Of a DNA stretch of 64,000 nucleotides, positions 42,183 to 54,642 are shown piece by piece. The stretch is from Lepidodermella squamata. Lineage: Eukaryota > Animalia > Gastrotricha. The DNA is taken from the NCBI GenBank assembly GCA_047495785.1, contig JBLDXI010000003.1, positions 1,736,001-1,800,000 on the forward strand. The letters run 5' to 3'. The first letter of the stretch is position 1; the number at the start of each line of letters is the position of its first letter. The notes beneath the pieces were generated by a model. It was not told where the DNA came from. It worked only from the letters and a program-made list of their open reading frames with translations, and did no database searches. Made by a program: the position numbers and the translations under genes.

Positions 42183-44992
42183 ATGATTTGCGATGATATC
42201 CTTATGCTAAGCTGTCTAGCTTTGCTTACGAATGGCTTTGATGTTTTGAAGCTCCAACTGCCACGTTTGGACAAGCTAATCGCTTTCTGGCCTATGGATG
42301 CATATTCCGGTCTTACTGGATTCACGCGAACCAACAAGGAGCTTGAACCCTTACCGACAAGCAGCAAATCTTATTTCTATCGAAACAACGTCGCTAATAC
42401 AGGTTACTACGACCTGATTAGCGGAACAAGAATCGCTAGCTATTTGATGCCCGAAATCCCGAGTTCGTTCACAGTTTCCGTTCATACTGGCAGCGAATTC
42501 GGCTCAATCGAATTCGAAGGGCTATTCAAGATGTTTAAATCCAGCTTGGCTCTGCGAACAGGCGAGGACAGTTGGTACACAGCTGGTACGGATTCCGAGA
42601 AGACCGATTCCGTTTGGTTTGACACTTTGGTAGCCTTCACTTATGACAAACCGTCGAATTCGGTTGTTTTCTATCAAATGACAACACATGGGCAAAATTT
42701 GCTCGCTGAAAATTTCCCAGTTCCTGCAACATTTCACGATGCCGAAGATGCTAGTAAGCGAGAATTTGTGATCGGCAAACGGGAAGTGTGGCTTCACAGA
42801 ACAAATGACGACTTCCCTGAGTTCAAAATATCCTGCGTTTCATTGTACAAAACCGCTTTGACGGCTGATGAAGTGAAATCGTTGTTTTTAACGCCGTGTC
42901 GTAACGCTGTCAAAGCTACCATGGGTAAAGTTAATCGAATCGATATGACAGACGTTCTACGCCGGGAGAATCTGATAGGGTTTTGGCCGTTTTCGTTTGA
43001 CTCGAATCTTCTCGGCTGGGACGGGGCCGGCAACGCTATCGTACCCCGCCAGCCAAGCTCTTACAACGTGAAGCGGGTGAAATTTGAAGGGCCTTACGCC
43101 CAGGGTAGTATATTGTCCAATTCTACTTACTGGCAAGACAGCGGAGCCGCCAGCGGGTTGGTTGCCTATGACGGCCTGCCAAGACCGCGTTCGGGCTTCA
43201 CCTTAGCGTTCTACGTTAAATCACTATGCAGTGGCGAGGGGCTTGGAATTGTCACAATTCTTAGTTTTCTTACCGTTTCCTGCCTGAATGCAGGTGGGAA
43301 CATGGCGGTTTACTACCGTCCTATATCGAACGGGAAATCTGCGACAGATTTTTCGCACGAAACCGATCATTTCATCTCTTACTATCACGTCGGAACATGG
43401 ACATTTTTCGCCGTCACATCGAACAGCGACGCTTCCAACTGCACGCTATACACTCAGGCTATTAATTTTGACCCACATCTATCGGCAAAAAGTGAATAAT
43501 CTATTAGCTCTTAGATATTTATTTGATAAATTATTATTTTACAGATTTCTTTAACGCTTGCATGAACTTCACCACGAATTTCGCGACAACTATTCCAGGC
43601 GTTTCAACGGACGATGTTTCAATGGAAATCGGCATCGGCTATGAAAGTTCCAAATCCCCGATTAGTTATTGTCCTGACACACAATTCGCTTGCTTCTATT
43701 TCTATGACGTCGGATTAGGCGCAGCGGAGGTTGCCAACCTGAGTAACGCTTGTGGTCGCTTGGTATCACAGAAAACAGTCTACTCAAGTGGCAACTCGAT
43801 CGCTGAGCAAATGGTACCATTCTTCGACGGCCCACGTTTCCATTATATCGACAACATGACTGCAATACAGCGAAATTGTGATCATTTCAACAGCTCAGTC
43901 TATGCTCCACGAAATGTCGAGATCCTATCCAATTACGACGCTCCTCTGAAAATCGACGTTGGCTTTCAGGTTACAGGCCTGAATGAAATCGACACGGTTA
44001 GCGAAGTCATCACCGTGAAAGCACTGATGGTTCTCTACTGGCGAGTAAATACCTGCCCGTGGCTGTCCTCGCCCGCCCTTCCAACTGGTAGAAATTTCGA
44101 GACCATACGCATCGACAACCTCGAAAATCTGTGGCGCCCGAAGATTCGCTTTCTATCGGCAGCCAACTCGAACCTTCAGATGCGGAACATGATTATCAAC
44201 GACGATTACTTGATGATGATGTCTTCAGAGGTGCCAACAATCAATCGAACCTTTGAATTTTACTGGCAGAAGGAAGGCTTGTTCGAGGCTAACTGCGAAC
44301 TTTTACTTCATTTATTCCCATTCGACACACAAACGTGCGATTTTGAGTTCTCACTCGAGGAAGGCCGTAATGTTGTTATTGTGAATGAAGAGAAGCTTCT
44401 ATTCGATTTCAGACCCGCACATTCCGGCGACAGTTGGACATTGGTCTCCACAGAGAACTCAACAGGCCAGGTTTTCTACAAGGGCTACAACGTTTCAACC
44501 TTCAAATTTACGGCGAGACTCGCACGGAACCCTCGCTATTACATCAAAAACTTTGCAATTCCGTCATCGACCCTCGCTTCTTTGAATTTATTCCTATTCT
44601 TAATGCCTCCAGATGTACCTGATCGGGCTGCATTTTCCGTCACTGTGCTGCTGACTATGACTGTTATGCAGAGTGCGATTTTGAATGAGGTCCCTAAAAA
44701 GCCTTACGACACCCTTCTAGGTAAGCTGGTACAGAGCTTGGCGTGGTTTTGCATCTCAACCACCATCTACAATCTGATGATTTTATGGCTGGCAACTTCG
44801 TACTTTGATCCGAATGTGAAATCGCGACCTCACAAGCGATTTTTCAATGGGCGAATTGGTTTGGCTCGCTTTATTGATTTATACGTTTTTGTATGCGGCA
44901 TATTTGCATTCATTTTTGTCCACATCCAGGTTCTACAAAACAAGGACTTGGTCTATGATTATGTTATGCGATCCTTCAATCTATCGAATTAG
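42183..44992 (+). CDS. Cys-loop ligand-gated ion channel subunit with two N-terminal LamG/ConA-like domains, copy 1 (intron 43492-43544; ~918 aa)
   Basis: LIAFWPMD...CVSLYKTALTADEVKSLF and LIGFWPFS...CFYFYDVGLGAAEVANL repeats; LWRPKI; Cys-loop CELLLHLFPFDTQTC; LARNPRYY; M1-M4; a 53-nt phase-1 intron joins the ORFs. Confidence 0.85.
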
Positions 44993-46277
44993 AAGAAATA
45001 AAGGGAGGTCTGGATTTTCGCACCACATAAAATGATCCCGACTGATTTGTTGAGCTCGACTCGAAATTGCTAACTTCGATTACAACAAAATCATTCTTAT
45101 AGATATACGGTAAATAGATCGAAGTATTATAGGCAATGGTCTGACTCCTTTTTGAAATTTGACGACCGGTTTTGCACCGACTTGAGTCAGCAAGTTTGTA
45201 TTTTTCTAAGAATGACCTTCGAAAGTGAAAGATTTCAGCGCCTCACAATTCGGTGGTCATGCTGTTGTTGTGGTATCTCGAAACCGGCGAAACGGCATTT
45301 TCCAAAAACTATCCTCAAAAACTGGAAAATGCAAATGTTCTGAGCATATTTATTGTACCCTCAGATGGGTGCATGTAGCAAATTAATTATACCTGCTGGG
45401 TAAACATGCTGATACGGATTCTGATTTTTATTGCGTTTTGTCTTTCAACCTTTCGCAAAAGGTTGTTTAGCAGAAGGTGCACCTGGTAGTACTCTGGCGC
45501 CACACTAGCCGGTTTCAAGCTGGGCGCACTCGCCTTACAAAGCTGTACTCAGAGCTAGCATGATTAAAGCTTTGCATTGCCAGGCATGAGGTGGTAGACG
45601 AACATTATTCGAAACAACGAAGAAATCCGAACATGTTAAATCCACAGTCCAGCGTTGGTAAAGTTTATGACAAAGAGAAAGATCATGCTGATAACGTCTT
45701 CTTATTTCCTTGTCTTATTTCAAGTGTGCATAGTCCGAGTTTTCTAAACATTTCATCGTAAGAGGAACCTTCAACTGTCGAGTAATAAGAACTTCGGTAG
45801 AGCAGGCGTTTCGAGAGAGCTTGAACGGCCTCTAGTTTTTCAATGACAGAGAGTGCCACATAGCAAATGAGTTGTACCCGAGCTGTGTGGAAATAGCCTC
45901 TTCCTATTACTCTTAATGTAAATCTCGAAAACTGTCAAGTTTTCACCGAAACCAAGGTTAAAGAAAGAATCTTGCCTATAAAATTTGTCAGGAAAATAAT
46001 CTGATTTCTGCTATATCCCTACCCTTGTTCTTGTTTCAAATATCATTGCTTCTCGTCAGAACCTGCACTCGCAATGATCGATTATCCGTGAACATTTTGA
46101 AATTATGCCAAATATTCCGCATAGATGAAAGTATTATTGACAGGGAAAAGTAATAAACCGGTTTATTCGAGCAGGAAATGAAAATATCTACACGCAATGC
46201 ACAACACAAATCAAACAATAAGCCCATTTTCTCATTTTCAGTCATTGGAAAGTATGCATTTCACACCGACTGTTCGT

Positions 46278-49200
46278 ATGAGTTTTACAATAATCTTTCT
46301 TGCGAGTTGCTCAGCGGTAGTTACGAGTGGCTTGGACGTTTCGAAGCTTCAGCTACCACGCCTGGATAAGCTAATCGCATTCTGGCCCTTGGACGCACAT
46401 TCGGGTCTGAATGGATTTACGAAAACAGGCGAAGTGTTGAAACCTTTGCCTACCAATAGCACCTTCTATTTCCGCAGTAACAACATAGTCGATACTGGGT
46501 ACTACGAGCTGACGAGCGGATTAAGTATTGCCAGTTATTCCATGCCCGAAATTCCAAGTTCTTTCACAGTTTCCCTGCATACTGGTTTCGACTTTGGCTC
46601 GATCGAATTCGAGGGGTATTTCAAGATGCTACGATATTGCCTTTATATTAAAAATGGTTCTGACAGTTGGCACCTCGCTGGTACAGATCATTCATTCAAA
46701 TATGATTACACCTATGAAGATAGTAGTCTTGTGGCCGTCACTTTTGACAAGAAGTCGAAAGTGGTAGTTGTTTATAAAATGAGTAGCGAGGGTCACAAGT
46801 TGTCCGCTAAGAATTTCACGATATCGACGAATATCTACGCTGAGGAGACTTTACGGATATTTGCGATTGGGAAAAGGGAAGAGTGGCTAGACTTCAATTC
46901 CTTTTCTGATGGCCACTTTTCTGAATCCCTAGTGTCTTGCGTTTCATTCTATAAGACCGCACTAACAGCTGATGAAGTGAAATCGTTGTTTCTCACGCCA
47001 TGTCGAAACGCAGTCAAAGCTAGCAAGCGTCAAATTGATCGAATCGATATGACAGACATTCCACGACGGGAGAACCTGATAGGGTTTTGGCCGCTTTCGT
47101 TTGATTCGAATCTTCTCGGCTGGGACGGTGCGGGTAACGTCATCCTGCCTCGCCAGCCGAGCTCTTACAACGTGAAGCGGGTGAAATTTGAAGGGCCGTA
47201 CGGCCAGGGCGGTGTATCGTGGAATGAAACATGGATGCACGTCTTATCTGGCGGAATAGTTGCCTACGACGGTCTTCCGAGGCCACGTACTGGCTTCACA
47301 CTCGCTTTCTATATGAAATCAGGGTGCGGCGAACAAGGACGCGGGGTCGTTACTATCTACGGTTTTCTCACAGTTGTCTGCAAAGTCACGGACTCCATAA
47401 CGTGGGTACAGTTTCAAAACATATCCAACGGCGGCATGTCAGCGACTGATTTTACGTCCGATTATTCTGCAATGGCACATTATCAGCACAACGGAACATG
47501 GAGTTTTTTCGCGATCACTTCGACGGAACAATTTGCAAACTGCTCTGTACATGTACAATCGGTGAATTATGAGCTTGAGCTATCATCAGGAGGTAAGCTC
47601 CTCGAAATGACATTATGAAAGAATATGGGTGGTTTTACGCTAAACCTGACCGATCGCATATGCGCACAAAAAACTGCGAAGGTAGACATAGTTTGCTTTT
47701 ACACTATAAACAGTACTACGCACGCATAATATTATAAGATACTTCTGTGTTAAAAAAATGAATGCACCGGACAAATGACCAACAAATATACTGCGCCTTT
47801 TGTGGATGCTAACATGAAATTTTCGGTTTACCTGGTAGAGAACAGTTGAGCCTATCATGAAATTGATAAAAATGCATGCGTAACCTTGGGTTTTTTACCG
47901 CTAGGCGGCCTGAAAGCGCAAAAACCTTGAAAAAAATCCCGTCACTGGGAAAGCTTCTTCAAGAAACAGAATGCGTTCAACCACAGTTTTGTCAAATTCC
48001 CTAGTAGAGCACATAATTTAGTAGGGAACCAAGAAATAGATAGGTAATATGGTGGTTATCCATGGCTTTTCATTCGTTTGCCTCCCGGCTTGCATATCCA
48101 GGGAAAAGTGAAAATTTGGTGTTTTCCTATCTTCGCTTCTATCTCGAAAAAACCCCAGGTCGCACCATAGCTTTTTGGCCTAATAATATGAGAAGGGGAA
48201 GGGAGGAAGATTTTAAAAGGGAAAGCAGCAAAAACCACCACAACATATTCAAAACTTTTTCATAATACCTAGCAATCACATTTTAATCACTTTGAGTTTC
48301 GGAGAAATAATGTTCTGAGACTATTCACCGCGGAGCCTTTACTCCACGTATCCATTTATATTAAAATCATGTTTTTTTAGGATCTTGCATGAGGTTCAGT
48401 GAAGATTTCCTGGCGCCCATCGACGGCGTTTCAACTGAATACGTTTCGATGGATATAGGCATAGGCTATGACAACGCTTCTACGCAACTCGAAGGCGACC
48501 ACGCCACGCTGTTTTCCTGCTTCTATTTCTATGACGTCGGATTAGGCGCGGCGGAAGTTGCCAACCTGAGTAACGCTTGCGGTCGCTTGGTATCACAGAA
48601 AACAGTCTACTCAAGTGGCAACTCGATCGCTGAGCAAATGGTACCATTCTTCGACGGCCCACGTTTCCACTATATCGACAACATGACTGCAATACAACGA
48701 AATTGTGATCATTTCAACAGCTCAGTCTATGCTCCTCGAAATGTCGAGAACCTATCGAATTACGACGCTCCTCTGAAAATCGACGTTGGCTTTCAGGTTA
48801 CAGGCCTGAATGAAATCGACACGGTTAGTGAAGTAATCACCGTGAAAGCACTGATGGTTCTCTACTGGCGAGTAAATACCTGCCCATGGCTGTCCTCGCC
48901 CGCCCTTCCAACTGGTAGAAATTTCGAGACCATCCACATCGACAACCTCGAAAATCTGTGGCGCCCAAAGATTCGCTTTCTATCGGCAGCTAACTCGAAC
49001 CTTCAGATGCGGAACATGATTATCAACGACGATTACTTGATGATGATGTCTTCTAAGGTTCCAACAATCAATCGAACCTTTGAATTTTACTGGCAGAAGG
49101 AAGGCTTGTTCGAGGCAAACTGCGAACTTTCAGTCCATTTATTCCCATTCGACACACAAACGTGCGATTTTGAGTTCTCCCTCGAGCAAGGTCGTAATGT

Positions 49201-49819
49201 TGTTATTGTGAATGAAGAGAAGCTTCTATTCGATTTCAGACCCTCACATTCCGGCGAAAGTTGGACGTTGGTCTCCACAGAGAACTCAACAGGGCAGGTT
49301 TTCTACAAGGGCTACAACGTTTCAACCTTCAAATTTACGGCGAGACTCGCCCGAAACCCTCGCTATTACATCAAAAACTTTGCAATTCCGTCATCGACCC
49401 TCGCTTCTTTGAACTTGTTCCTATTCCTAATGCCTCCAGATGTACCTGATCGGGCTGCATTTTCTGTCACTGTTCTGCTGACCATGACTGTTATGCAGAG
49501 TGCGATTTTGAATGAGGTCCCTAAAAAGCCTTACGACACCCTTCTTGGCAAGCTGGTTCAGAGCTTGGCGTGGTTTTGCATCTCAACCACCATCTACAAT
49601 CTGATGATTTTATGGCTGGCAACTTCGTACTTTGATCCGAATGTGAAATCGCGACCCCATAAGCGTTTTTTCAATGGGCGAATTGGTTTGGCTCGCTTTA
49701 TTGATTTATACGTTTTTGTATGCGGCATATTTGCATTCATTTTTGTCCACATCCAGGTTCTACAAAACAAGGACTTGGTCTATGATTATGTTATGCGATC
49801 CTTCAATCTATCGAAATAG
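46278..49819 (+). CDS. LamG-LamG-Cys-loop channel, copy 2 (intron 47593-48380)
   Basis: Same architecture and same phase-1 intron position; signal peptide MSFTIIFLASCSAVVTSG. Confidence 0.85.
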
Positions 49820-49974
49820 AAGAAATATAGAGAGGGTGCGAATTTTTGTCTCATAAATTGAAGGCTCCAGCACTAAATTTATACTGAAGTGCCGGAACTC
49901 TAAATTTAGGACTCCCCAAGACACACCCCTTTTATGTTTTATGCCATATTTTCGTATTTCTATCATGTCAAAAT

Positions 49975-50340
49975 TAGAATAAATCAGATCTGATCAGATT
50001 TATTGTTGCTATGCGAATTATTTCGCAACATGAGTAATACAAAAATGTTAATCCTTTTCGTAGAATATTAAAGTTTGTTGAAAATGTCATCTTTGCTAGT
50101 CTGCCAGCGAGATTCTGTTTGACTCTAACGCAGTCGCACACTCGAGAATTTCCAAGAATCAAATCCCTAGAAGCCTTACGACAACCTTCTAGGCAAAAGC
50201 TGGTTCAGAGCCTGATGTGGTTTTGCATCGCAAATACCCTTTACGGTTTACGGCCAAATAATTCTGCGGTTTGCACCTTCATACTCGAATGACAAATCGC
50301 GACCTCATCATAAGCGTTTTCTGAATGAGTTGGCTTGGTT
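49975..50340. pseudogene. Degenerate relic: ankyrin-gene 3' end joined to a decayed channel M3 fragment
   Basis: 49975-50160 resembles 56460-56637; 50164-50340 resembles 49519-49695 with indels. Confidence 0.6.
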
Positions 50341-50582
50341 CACAACCGATGTGCTATGAGCCAATAGTTAATGAAGTCGATTTTTGTATGATTAGGATTA
50401 ATCCTAAACCTCCCAAAACATTACATATTGGTATTTACATCGAGACTGCAAAAGTTACACTAAGCAAGTTATAATTTATCAGCCATTTCATTGCAGAAAG
50501 CCTCAACGGTTGTCCAAAGTCGATGCAAACTGTCTCAAGTTTGAGTTTTTTTGCTGTCGAATTGTAAAAAGTCTAGGTCTCA

Positions 50583-50617
50583 AGGCCCAGGCGGGAATTG
50601 AACCCGCGATCTTCTGT
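50583..50617 (-). pseudogene. 3' half of tRNA-Thr(CGT) at a duplication junction
   Basis: Matches 51247-51281, then switches to channel M2 sequence. Confidence 0.85.
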
Positions 50618-50627
50618 CTTTTCTGCC

Positions 50628-50987
50628 TTTTCTGTCACTGTGCTGCTGACTATGACTGTTATGCAGAGTGCGATTTTGAATGAGGTCCCTAAAAAGCCTT
50701 ACGACACCCTTCTTGGCAAGCTGGTTCAGAGCTTGGCGTGGTTTTGCATCTCAACCACCATCTACAATCTGATGATTTTATGGCTGGCAACTTCGTACTT
50801 TGATCCGAATGTGAAATCGCGACCCCATAAGCGTTTTTTCAATGGGCGAATTGGTTTGGCTCGCTTTATTGATTTATACGTTTTTGTATGCGGCATATTT
50901 GCATTCATTTTTGTCCACATCCAGGTTCTACAAAACAAGGACTTGGTCTATGATTATGTTATGCGATCCTTCAATCTATCGAAATAG
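50628..50987 (+). pseudogene. Partial third channel copy (M2-M4 only)
   Basis: Near-identical to 49460-49819; no ATG start or upstream exons. Confidence 0.85.
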
Positions 50988-51246
50988 AAGAAATATAGAG
51001 AGGGTGCGAATTTTTGCACCACATAAATTTATTCCGACAGATTTTGAAGTCGACTCGAAATGGCTAACTTCGATTACAACAAAATCACTCTTAAATGTCC
51101 TGCAAATACCGAAACTAAACTGCAAAAGTTACACTAAGCTAGTTATCACTTTCAGCCATTTCATTGCGGAATGTCTCAACGGGTGTCCAAAGTCGATGCA
51201 AACTTTCTGAGTTTTTTGCTGTCGAATTGTAAAAAAGTCTAGGTCA

Positions 51247-51318
51247 AGGCCCAGGCGGGAATTGAACCCGCGATCTTCTGTTTACGAGACAGACGCTCTA
51301 CCACTAAGCTACTGAGCC
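51247..51318 (-). tRNA. tRNA-Thr(CGT)
   Basis: Reverse complement of the 1009-1080 sequence. Confidence 0.95.
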
Positions 51319-51780
51319 TGACTGGATCCTGGGGACAGCTTACTGCTGTTACTTCTAAACCAAAAGGTGGAAAGGTGCGATGCTAAGTGTTAAGTAAAAA
51401 AATTACGAAGACATGGTCGTGGCGTTCCTGTTGTACCTATTAATTTTCTTCTGCGAAGATGCGATCGTGCATGCGGGCTGGGAAACTTGAGGACTAGATC
51501 CGGTTCAACCCTTGATCTCAGCCTGAATTCTGCTTAATGCCCGCTTAACGTGTTTGCGGGCGCGTACTTAGAAATCGGTCAGAACCGGCTATTAGCGGTT
51601 ACAAATCGCGACTGAGACTGTAAGCAGGTGGCTGAGAATTAGGATAAGCTCCGCCTATAAAACCAACCTAGTTTCGTCCCATAACCAACCGCTATAACTC
51701 ACCAAAAATTCTTGATATCTCGGATAATAATGGCCCGTTTTCTCTGTTTTGCCGCTCTGGCTGTTTTCATCGCAGCTGTT

Positions 51781-54642
51781 GGCTAACTGTCATGTAACAG
51801 AAAGTAAAACGTAAGAATGTCCATCAGCCGATGCCATGTACCCGAAAGCAGGTAACCGAATGTTCAAACAACCGAATGCAAACGTCATATTGTCAAATCT
51901 CCGATTGTCAAACACCCGAAAATTTTTTTTAGTATAATTGCTCGATATTTATATGATAAACACTTTGCAATCAACTTTCCCCGAGAAAAGAGGAACCGGC
52001 GGGATAAAAAATGTTATCAAAGCGAAAATGAGACGTGACAAGTGATTTCGGCCCTATCTCTGTTTTCGCAGAAATTTGAAAATTGGGTGTCGTGCAATGA
52101 TTGTGCGTCAGCGTTGCCTTTTAAAAGGTTGCTACGTCGCTTGCCACGTCTCAAATATAGCTTGAAGCTTGGAAAATGGGTTGGTCTTCGTAATGCAAGA
52201 TGCAAGTGCTTTATTCTAAGCAAATGTCCAGATTTTGCCGGCAACCTACAAACTTCGCGACCAGTTTTGATAATAAATTGGGACTCGCACATTTCTAAAC
52301 TCTTCGGTTGTCAGAGATGGAATGCTAAAGTTTGGGAAGAGGACATGACCCTGGATTATTCACTTCAAATAAGCAACTCGATATTGCTGCGATTCCAGAT
52401 TCAAAATGGATCAATTGCATTGAAGCAAATTATGATTTTAGCGAGGAATAATTCTGTTAAACTGGAGCATCTTGCTTATATGGGAAACCAATGAAGAATG
52501 CATCAAAATAATGAATAAACAAGTCGCAAAATGATGACGCAGCGATGCAGTCGAGTGTCGATCTGAATTAAGCCAGTGAGGTCCTCTTAAAGGATCTTGA
52601 TATTAGAAAATGAATCTTTTTTCGAAAACGTTTTACTCCACATGATGTTTTACCATTTTAACCAGTTTTATCTGCCCCTTGCGTATTTTTGGTTGGCCTT
52701 GTTTGCCTTTACCATCTTCTTCGTCCTCTTCTGCGTAATTCGACCGTACAGGCGTGTGCAGGTGCAGCGTCACAAGTTCTCATTTGAAGTAGACGGATGG
52801 CTCTACATCACTAACAGAACCGTGGTTAACGCCGACAACGTTCGAAAAACCTACCTAGTCTGTCAGCGGAACGCCGAAGGTGGCTGCCCGGCTACTGGTG
52901 TCTATACTCACGGCATCGATCAACTCAAGTTAAGCGACGACCCAAGGCATTCGTACCACAACCACGCCAAACCAGACCTACAATCAGTGCAGTTTGTAGC
53001 TGATACTGTGAACTCGGCTCGCGATGACGTCGACGCTCCAGTACAAGCTATCTTCAATAATGCCAGAGCGAACGCCGTTGCCGCTGGTGCCAATGCTGCT
53101 GAACGAGACGAGATAGCTGCTCGGTTACCGAATTTCAATCAGATTTACAGAAGTAAGTTGCGATCGATATTTAGTATTTTGCTCGAACTTGTTTCTTTTT
53201 GCAGCTATGTACCGTGCACGACACGAAGTTGATCCAGTGAATCCTGTACAGCGACATGAGATCAATCTTGCTAACTACGATATGAATGATGTCAACCACG
53301 AACCAATGGTGTTGGCCGATACCGGTGCTCACGATGCTGATAGAATAATCGTTTTCGGCTCTCTCCGCGGCCTGGCGCACTTGGCTAACAGCCAGGAATG
53401 GTATTGTGACGGCACTTTTCGCAGCTGCCCGCCAATGTTCGCCCAAGTAAGTTATTTTCTTTGACTTCGTTTTTTTAGAATTAGTCTTTATCTCTGATTA
53501 ATAGATTTACACCATTCATGCCTTCATCATGGGAATTCAATTTCCGTTGATTTTTGCTTTGCTGCCAAACAAGGCTGCACCGACTTACCAAAGGCTGCTC
53601 TACATCATATTCGCACGTTTCCAAGAGTTGCATATCGTTTGGCGATTACGCCTGATTCTGTCCGATTTTGAGACCGGTTTTGACGCTGCCGTTACAGCTT
53701 TCTGGAATCATGGAATGGCGCATATCGGTTGCTATTTCCATTTTTGCCAGGTTTTAATTTCATTTTAGATGCTGATTATTTCACTATTTCTAACTTTAGG
53801 CTGTCTGGAGTAATATTCAAGCGCATGGTCTAGTTGCCGAATACCGCGACAACGCTGAACGCAAGTTGGCTTTTCGAATGCTGATGGCTCTTGGTTTGGT
53901 ACCAGCGGATCGAAAGCTGCACTACTTCAACCTGGTGATCGCCTACTGTCATGCTCAAGGCTTTCAATCGGTGGTTTTGTTCGGTCTGGGCTATTTTACC
54001 AACCAGTGGATCCACGGCACGCCGTTGGAGAAATGGACTTGGCATGGGCGCTCCATCCGTACCAACAATGATACTGAGGCCTGGAACGGAGCGTTCAACA
54101 AATTAGTGAACAAAGTGCACCCGACATTCAACAAATTTCTGGGCAAGCTAAAGAAAAGCCACGACTGGACCATGGTCGAAATCGCCGCTGCGCTTGGCGG
54201 AAATGGCAGGCCTGTTGGCACGACGCGTTATCGCGCTTTGAATCGCCGAATTCTGCGGTTAATGGGCAACATCGACAATTTGGCGCCATTGCAATACCTT
54301 CGATCTTTAGCAAATTTGGTGCCGGTCAATGACCAACCCGGCCAATGATTTCCATGTTTTTGTGCATTTTTTACCGTTTCAATATATGTGCCCATGTGCA
54401 TTTTAACTACCAGTTGTTTAAAACCCCATTTCCTACTTAATGTTAAAACAAATAAAACTCATTACATTTTATTAATTTTCCATTTTGTTGCCAAAAAAAA
54501 TTTTCGGGTGTTTGACAATCGGGGATATTTCAATCTTGTGTTTGCATTCGGGCGTTTGAACATTCGGGTGTTTGAATTCGAGTACATGCCATTTGGCTGT
54601 TTGTCTTACGGTTACATGCTTTCTGGTAAATGACCGGACACC
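51781..54642 (+). mobile_element. Mutator-like (MULE) DNA transposon, full length
   Basis: 8-bp TSD CAGCTGTT (51773-51780, 54643-54650); GG...CC ends; ~150-bp imperfect TIRs including CCGATTGTCAAACACCCGAAAATTTTTTT. Confidence 0.9.
52643..54348 (+). CDS. MULE transposase with FLYWCH-type Zn finger (introns 53153-53204, 53447-53504, 53751-53799)
   Basis: C..C..HNH finger; WYCDGTF, LSDFE, GCYFHFCQAVW, RTNNDTEAWN catalytic motifs; all introns restore frame; start codon uncertain. Confidence 0.85.

Noticed and set aside
50598-50987. Independent 129-aa channel mini-protein
   Set aside because: Starts at a TTG inside an antisense half-tRNA; it is a duplication fragment
52017-52494. ORFs in the 5' part of the MULE as a second gene
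   Set aside because: No recognisable motif, and the longer ORF lacks an ATG start
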